A stretch of DNA of 62,962 nt, filler included, from Saprolegnia diclina VS20 (lineage: Eukaryota): NCBI RefSeq assembly GCF_000281045.1. It is 5 parts of 5 records of this genome, joined end to end, with 100 filler letters (N's around TTAATTAATTAA, not from the genome) between each part and the next. Parts side by side here need not be neighbours in the genome. Positions count along the whole stretch, not along the records: positions 50,210 to 59,405 come from NW_008246221.1; positions 59,506 to 61,308 come from NW_008246223.1; positions 61,409 to 62,962 come from NW_008246224.1; 2 more parts are not named here. One strand, given 5' to 3'. The notes beneath the pieces are model-generated. The model searched no databases. It was given only the letters and a program-made list of their open reading frames with translations, and was not told where the DNA came from. Shown piece after piece: positions 56,120-62,962 of the stretch. Position 1 is the first letter of the stretch. The number at the start of each line of letters is the position of its first letter. Position numbers and translations under genes: made by a program.

Positions 56120-58948
56120 ATGGCCGAGCCCGCGGATACGATGGGGCTCCTCGAGCAGACGACCGCGGACCCGCGGAAGCATGGCGGACGATCTTGGTCG
56201 ACGCATGGGCTCTGCTGCGTGAGGTCGATGCAGGGAGTATGCTGTGGCTGGTCGACGCATGGCGGTTCCTGCGCGAGCATGCAGCTGGTCGCGAAGGGGC
56301 TGCAGCTCCTCGAGCGGTCTCGGGTCCTGCACCTTGCCGCGCTGGGTCTGCGCCCCCGGCCGCAGCACCTGCCCAAGCCTCGCGACGGTCTTCTTCTCCA
56401 TACGTACATCCCGCAGATACGCATTCTTGGCACCGACGCGCTTCGGAACGACCCGATGGTGGTGCACCCGATCGTGCTTGTCCATCTCGTCGACGTCTCG
56501 ACGGGCTGCTACCTCATGAAGTTCGACCGTCAACGACCAGGTGTCCATGCGCTAGAGCCCGTGACGATGCTCCAGGGCGCGCTCAAGAAGCATACGATGT
56601 GCGACTACATCTTGCCGATCGCGACGCAGCCGTGCCCCTTGTCACCCAACGGCCAAGGTAGAGTTCGGCTGCCCCTACGATGGCATCCACCCCGCGCTAG
56701 ACAACCCAACGTGGAACGAACTCCTGCTCGTCAACGACGCCTACTCGCATTATCTCCGGCCCGAGACGCTTCTGCTGTTTGAGGTGGTCGACTTTACGCC
56801 GCAAACGAGTCTGCTCCCGGTACCTAGCTTCCTACACACTTTGTTAGCTTGGAACTTGGCGTTATCTAGGGCAATGCGAGCTATTACACGGTCGCGTGGG
56901 GCTTTTGCCGACCGCAGAGTCCACTCGGCAGCTACAACATTCCTCTCGCGTCCGACGAGACGACGACCCATCGCATTCAGCTGTACGAGTACCAGCCAAC
57001 GTCGTGGCTCATCGACACGCAGACCAAGCGCATGCGACCGGACGCGAATGCGCCGCCCCAACCACCCGTGTACTTTCAGTATCTACGCTATCGGCGGCAG
57101 TCGTACCCGTGCACGCTCCACGTCTCCTTTGGCATGCAGCCAGAGCCACCATGGACGCAAGGTACCAGCGACTTGCGGCTGGAGTACGATGTGCTACAGC
57201 GTCGTAGTGGAGCACCGCGCCATGTTTGCCCATGAGCAAGAAGTCGGTGAGCGCGAAGACGACGTGCCGCTGCAGGAACTCGACAAGAAGCACGTGCTCC
57301 AAGCAAAGTCGAGCGGGCATTTACCCATCGCGAGCGTGCGCGACTCGTTCTCCATGAGCGCCGTTCGTATTCTCTTGTACCAGCGTTTCACAAGACGCGT
57401 TTTGGTCGTGTAGGAGCACCTCATGGCATTCCCCAGCGTGCACTGCAAGCGGTACCCGAGCGAGTTTTGTCTAGTGCCGGAACGCATCTTGCACCGACTC
57501 CACAGCGGCGACGGCGGCTGCCAATCGGTCGCGTTCTCGCATGCCGGCTCCCACCTCGCCGCCGCCTGCTGCGACCGGCACGGCGAGTACCCGATTCGGC
57601 TCTATCACATCGACACGGGCGTTCAGGAGGCGGTGCTACTCGGCCACCAAGCATTGGTCTATGCCATTACGTGGTCACTGGACGACGAGCATCTTCTCAG
57701 CGCGTCGTCCGACGGTAGTGCCAAGCACTGGCAGGTGTCTCCGTATGTAGCCTTTGAGCTTTTGATGCGAGGACATTGCATGGAATATGGTAGGCCTGCA
57801 CTGCTCCACTCGTTTTACCACCCACTGCCCAACTTTGTCTACTGCGTCGAGTGGTGCTCAGACAGCCTTGGCGCAACGGGGGCGCTCGATGGGTTTGTTC
57901 GTCTCTGGGACCTCGGGTTTGAAGCGCAGAGGTGGTTTGCGATATTCAAACGGCGGTAGGCAAGGGCGGCCGATCGCCAACCTGCACCCGGCCCACACCA
58001 GTCGCGTCAATGCGATACGTTTCGAGCCAAAGTCCCAACGCCTCTTCTCCGGGGACGCTGCGGGTATCATTTGTGTGTGGCAACCCAAGTACGTTCCGCT
58101 TGTCGCTTCTCGAATCGTATCGTAAAGCGAGAGTAGAGGCGCATCGTTTGAGCTCGTCAAGACGCTCAAGCACCACGATTTGATGGGCAAATGCATCACG
58201 AGCTTTCAGCTGCATCCCAAGCGCAGCCAGCTCCTCGTGCAAGCGCAGCCGAATACGCTGCTGCAGTTCGAGTTGCGCTCGTACTTGGTTCTGAACAAAG
58301 GGTACAGCGGCCTGACGGTGCGAATATTGCTCGGTGGCGTTTGCTTAGTGGCTGTAGGTCACGTCGGCAATGGTCAAGAGCGCGTTTAGCCCCGACGGCC
58401 GCTTTGTTGCGAGCGGCTCGGAAGACGGTGCAGTGTACGACATCAAACAGCCATACACATTTGTAGTCAGATGCTATGCACAGGTACCTCTACTCGAGCT
58501 TGAACGGACGGCGCATTCCAAGCTCGATGTGGGGCGGCATCTTTTACGGCGACCCGCTCTGCGACGTGACATGGTCGTCGAGCGCTCATATTGCGGCCCT
58601 GTGCTCTCTGGGTAAACCGATTGCATTTTATAATGACCGATGCAACGATGATCATGTTGATAGGAAGCGGCAACCCCATCATTGTCCTTGGCGCACGCCG
58701 GGACGACCTTCCAACCAAAGACAGTGCCGTCGTACGCACCTCTATCTCTCATGTTCAATGCAGTCACAGTAAAAACTAGGCGGACGAAGAGAAGAACGAT
58801 CAGCAGCATCTCCAGCGGCGCCAGAAACGCCTTGCCGAGCATGTAGGGCCATCTCTTGCTGCGATACAGAACGATAAGATGGCTTGTGTAGGTGGCGACG
58901 CTGCTGGCGCAGGACGGGCGGCAGCCACTTGTACCCGAGAAGGCCTAG
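56120..58948 (+). CDS. AHI1: Jouberin/AHI1-like ciliary transition-zone protein (C2-like domain plus WD40), multi-exon
   Basis: DALRNDPMVVHPIVLVHLVD, LLFEVVDF, VAWGF and YPCTLHV, then WD40 repeats (VAFSHAGSHLAAAC...YPIRLY; LGHQALVYAITWS; FSPDGRFVASGSEDG). Confidence 0.82.
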
Positions 58949-59505
58949 CTGCACACCACCGTTTGCGCTTGATGTATATTCTGGTAATGGAGCGTGTGCT
59001 TTGCTGTGGCAGACGAAAGGGCGACTAGGGGTACAACCCTAGCCCTTATGGTCCACCACGTCTCCGATTGCGTCCAACAGAGTGTACCAAAAGTGTGTCG
59101 CAACGATGGACTATGGAGACTATGGAGATGTTGGTGACGCATCTACCCAGCCAAAGAGCCGCAAACTATGCTCCATGGACCAGTTGAAACTTGAGCTCTT
59201 GAGGGCCATGTCCACGTTGCACGAGACAGCCGCGGTTGCAACCTGCGCTGCGTTTGGGCATCGAGCTCGTTGGTCGTCTCGACTCGCCACGACGGCACAC
59301 AAGCTCAGGCAAAACGCGTTGGACGACACGGACGTCTCCGAGCGCCAGATACTCGGTCCGTCGTTCTCATTCTGGTTTGGCGACATCGTCGAGCTCATAT
59401 GTGTGNNNNNNNNNNNNNNNNNNNNNNNNNNNNNNNNNNNNNNNNNNNNTTAATTAATTAANNNNNNNNNNNNNNNNNNNNNNNNNNNNNNNNNNNNNNN
59501 NNNNN

Positions 59506-61308
59506 CATGTCGGCGTAGCAGCGAGCTTGACGCGCCGCCGAGTAGGCGACCTCGAACGCTCTATCAAAGTCGAGGAAGCAGTAGGGCGAGAAGATCCAGG
59601 GGGCCATACAGGCGTCCGAGGCCCGGAGGCCGGCAATCGAAATCTCAAGAGTCGTCAGCTGGGTGTGCTGGAGCATAGCACCAAAGTTGTTGGGGGCACT
59701 CACCGCGGCGCTGGGGGCCGCAAAGGCTCCCGGTAGCGTGATGCTGGGTGCGTCGAGCGCGAGAGCCGCCGTGGAGAGACCAAGAACGAGCTGTTCGTTG
59801 AGCCAGTTGGCGAAGAATGCGTGGGCGCCCGTGACGTTAAAGTTGGCCCAGTAATAGTCGTTGGCGAGGTCGACTTGGGAGACTTCAAAGTACAAGACGC
59901 TGCTGACAGTTGCAAAAACCGCGTGGCAAAAAGCGAAGCAAGCTTTGATGCGACCCCAGTGCTTCGATGTCAGGCGGCATCTCGCAACAGCCACCGCCGT
60001 TGCCTGTACGGAAGGACCCGTGACCTTATCTGTCGTCGCAACATTAATGATGTGGGCACTGATGGTTGTCGGGCTAAAGTCCTTGCGACGGCGCGCTCTC
60101 TGGGTCATAGTATTATCGGCCACAAAGTGCCAAAGCGTTAAGTTGAAGACGTACGACTCGGATTTGAACCACACGGGCACCAGACCGCAGAGGACGCACG
60201 TCACAAGATCGAACGTGGCGCCGCTTGGGTTCAAAGCCATCGGCATGGCAAACAAAGCCGTTGCACTTGAAAAGTGCAAACTCGGCTCCGCGCCCGAATC
60301 CACTGGCCGTCGCCGACACCACATTAGACTCGCTACGACCGTGATGACGACGACACCGACGTGGATGCCCAGTAGCGTCAGCAGTCGGTCGTAGCTGCCC
60401 ACAGAGATGACACCGCTCGCGCAGAGAAGGCCATAGTCCATATCATTACCGACACACTGTCGGTCGAGCGTAATGGTGAGCGGCACAGGCGCTGTCATAT
60501 CCAAAACAAGCAGACTCAGCCAGACGACACACGCGCTCCACGGACTGTAGTGAGCAGTCACCTCTCTCGGCAGTAGCACGATGAGCACTTCGTTGACGAC
60601 GTAGGTTACCCACGTGGCTTCGCCAGCGACGAGCATCGCGTGGCCGATGGAGCGGGGATTGGGCGCCAAGGTGGTGCCCAAGAGCGTCGCTTCCAAGCTC
60701 ACTTGGGCCGAGCTAAGGAGCAAAAGCGCGCTGATACCGCGGAGAACGACCAGTGGTCGGCCGATCCAGACGGCGCCAACCAACCGGTTGAACCGAAAGA
60801 GGTTGAGGCCATGGACATGACCGCGGGCAAAGAAGAGTACGTACAGTATCGTGAGCAAGCCCACAAAGAGAAGGAGGCCTGTTGTGACTTGCACTAGGTA
60901 GAGAATCGCAGTTGTCGCCGTCTCGAACGAAGCGTTGCTCGTGATGTACGGCTGACCCGCGTATGCGTTGGAGATGACAGTGACAGAGCCGACGTCGCCC
61001 TCGATCGAGAGCACTTCGCGGAGTCCGGCGGCCCACTTGAACAAGATGTGATGGCCAAAGAATAGCCAGTCGAGCAACGGTACATGATCGAGCGCAATAT
61101 GACTCGAGTTGGGTGTGGCAGCAAACTGAACAAGACTGACGTTCATGGCTCGGACAGCGTCCAAAGCGTCTCGCTGCATCGATAGCATCTCGGGCGGGAT
61201 GGGCATCGATGCAAGCAGCGACGACGCCGACGACAAGGCATCGAGACACAAGGACGGTGTCAACGTCGTCCTGCACATGTCTGGTATGGTCGTGCCTGAC
61301 GAGACCAG
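59506..61308 (-). CDS. Internal fragment of a large multi-TM protein of an expanded oomycete (Saprolegniales-like) family of unknown function
   Basis: Gap-bounded open frame of about 600 aa with TM helices and motifs GLNLFRFNRLVGAVWIGRP, LANDYYWANFN and PWIFSPYCFLDF...AARQARC. Confidence 0.7.
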
Positions 61309-61408
61309 NNNNNNNNNNNNNNNNNNNNNNNNNNNNNNNNNNNNNNNNNNNNTTAATTAATTAANNNNNNNNNNNNNNNNNNNNNNNNNNNNNNNNNNNN
61401 NNNNNNNN

Positions 61409-62099
61409 TTGTACAACGTACCTGGATCGTTTCTGGGTGCTTGCGCAAAAGCTCTTGGACTTGGACGTGGCCTTCTTCGCCCGCGAGCGTGCGCGGCATT
61501 TTGATCCACTGTACAGTATGTCCAAAGGCTAAGGAATATTCCGAGAATTTTCGTGCAAACGTACGTAATTTGTCGCATTGACGTTGGCGCTATGTGCCAA
61601 GAGGAGACGAACGATCTCCACTTTATTGTTTTGCGAGGCATAGTGCAGTGGCGTGTTGAGATACTACGCAGACGCAATATGTGACATTTGTGAGTGAAGG
61701 AAAGACGCAAATTCTCGCAAAATTCTCGAAACACAAAACGTACGTTGTTGCTGGCGTCGATCTCGGCGCCTCTTTCCAGCAAAAACCGGACGATCTCGAA
61801 ATGACCGTAACGAGCAGCATAGTGCAGTGGCGTCCAACCAGCCTACGCAATATAGACTACATATTTACGGTTGATTGATAGAGCTACGTACGCTCTCTTT
61901 GCAGTTGATGTTGACGCCGTCGTTGAACGAGGAGCGGACGGTGGCCAAGTTGCCATCTCCTGCAGCTCGGAGAAGCGTTTCCTATAAGGTCGCATGAGCA
62001 TCGCATTGGTGTCGTCATCAGAGTACCTCCTTCGTCTTCGTCTCCATCGCCGCCTTCACCTTCGCCTCCTTCTGCTCCGCTGTCTCCGTCGTCTGCCAT
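61409..62099 (-). CDS. Ankyrin-repeat protein with acidic N-terminus and introns between repeats (3' end in gap)
   Basis: [14 protein letters not shown]..., [39 protein letters not shown] and [11 protein letters not shown]. Confidence 0.75.
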
Positions 62100-62962
62100 A
62101 GCCCAAACATGTTGCACAATGATCAGTGTCTACATTCTCCCCGTTTTTCATTGGCTGATTTTCCCACAACCCGCGCAATGCATTATCCGGATCCGCCAAG
62201 CGACCTCGAACTTGCGACCGATGGACCAAGAGAGCAAAAATTGCTGTCCATCTCTGCCTATATTTAATATAGGCAGAGAATGAATTTGCCGCCAATCGAG
62301 GGCTTCGCGACGAAAGGACGCATCTGCAGCACCGTTAAAAAACAGCGCCGATGCGAATCATGGTCATTTAGTTTGAGTTTGAGATTTAAGTTTGTCATTT
62401 CGCTGCTCTGCAGTTGAATTAGAATTTTTAATATAACCGCAGAGCAGCGACGGCCTCGTAGTCGGCTGCCGACTACAAGGCCGTCGACCAGCTCTTTGGC
62501 GCGTACGAGAGTTACTGCGCTGAGCGCAAGGTCCCAACGAACGAGCGACTCGCACAGACTTCGATCCCCGGGTTGGCATGCCGCTGGCACCCGATGCTGG
62601 AAGGTGGTATCTTTCTCTATCTTTTAATTGAATCATAATTTTTGCGCGGAGAGCGCCACGAGCGCACCGAGGGTGGTAGCGGGGCCCGTCTTGCGGGGAA
62701 GCTTGCAAATCGGAAAGCGATTGCATTCTTCCGGCCCTGCAAGGTCGGTCCGATACATCAACTAAGGACCTTGTTTCGACTAACTAAACGACTAAAGCTA
62801 GCCACACGCAACATAGATGACGTGGCGGTCCCTCATGTCGACTTCCGCTGAGCGACATCGTGACAGGTCCAGCGTGCGTAGCGCGTCGGGAAGAGCGAAC
62901 AAGTGGGACAACATGTGGGGTGTGTTGGATTGCCATGGTATACTCCATTGCTTTGTGCAGGA

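Noticed and set aside
216..58948. Ciliary gene cluster (TPGS1-like, CFAP97-like, AHI1)
   Set aside because: The genes are far apart, interspersed with unrelated genes and split by artificial joins.
59105..59405. Possible gene start MDYGDYGDVG... before a spacer
   Set aside because: Short, with no motif and truncated, so it cannot be supported.
1..62962. CRISPR arrays, rRNA or prokaryotic defence operons
   Set aside because: No repeat-spacer periodicity or rRNA motif was seen, and the DNA is intron-containing eukaryotic sequence.

Overview
This is gene-dense, GC-rich eukaryotic draft-assembly DNA with short (about 40-55 nt) GT-AG introns. The gene content (flagellar genes, oomycete-type ankyrin, GT71 and S28 families, and a Saprolegniales-like multi-TM family) suggests an oomycete, probably Saprolegniales; this is inference. 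About 25 protein genes or gene fragments are present: TPGS1-like, BRR2, an ankyrin-HDAC fusion, a Cys-rich surface protein, an F-box/coiled-coil protein, ZNG1/CobW, CFAP97-like, a methyltransferase, an NhaC-family transporter, four tandem GOST-like membrane proteins, three ankyrin proteins, MsrA, two GT71 mannosyltransferases, three S28 peptidases, SLC35F-like and AHI1. There is also one tRNA-Gly(GCC), a 450-bp foldback palindrome and two apparently young LTR retrotransposons. The first is a 3.9-kb Ty3/Gypsy chromovirus derivative with intact Gag-protease and an open 574-codon pol relic that lacks the RT and integrase catalytic cores. The second is a Ty1/Copia element with intact Pol but no recognisable capsid or zinc knuckle and no canonical PBS; it appears to be inserted in an exon of a host gene. 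Four N44-TTAATTAATTAA-N44 spacers are artificial joins, so adjacency across them is unproven. Exon boundaries and family assignments were made by eye, and no database searches were run.
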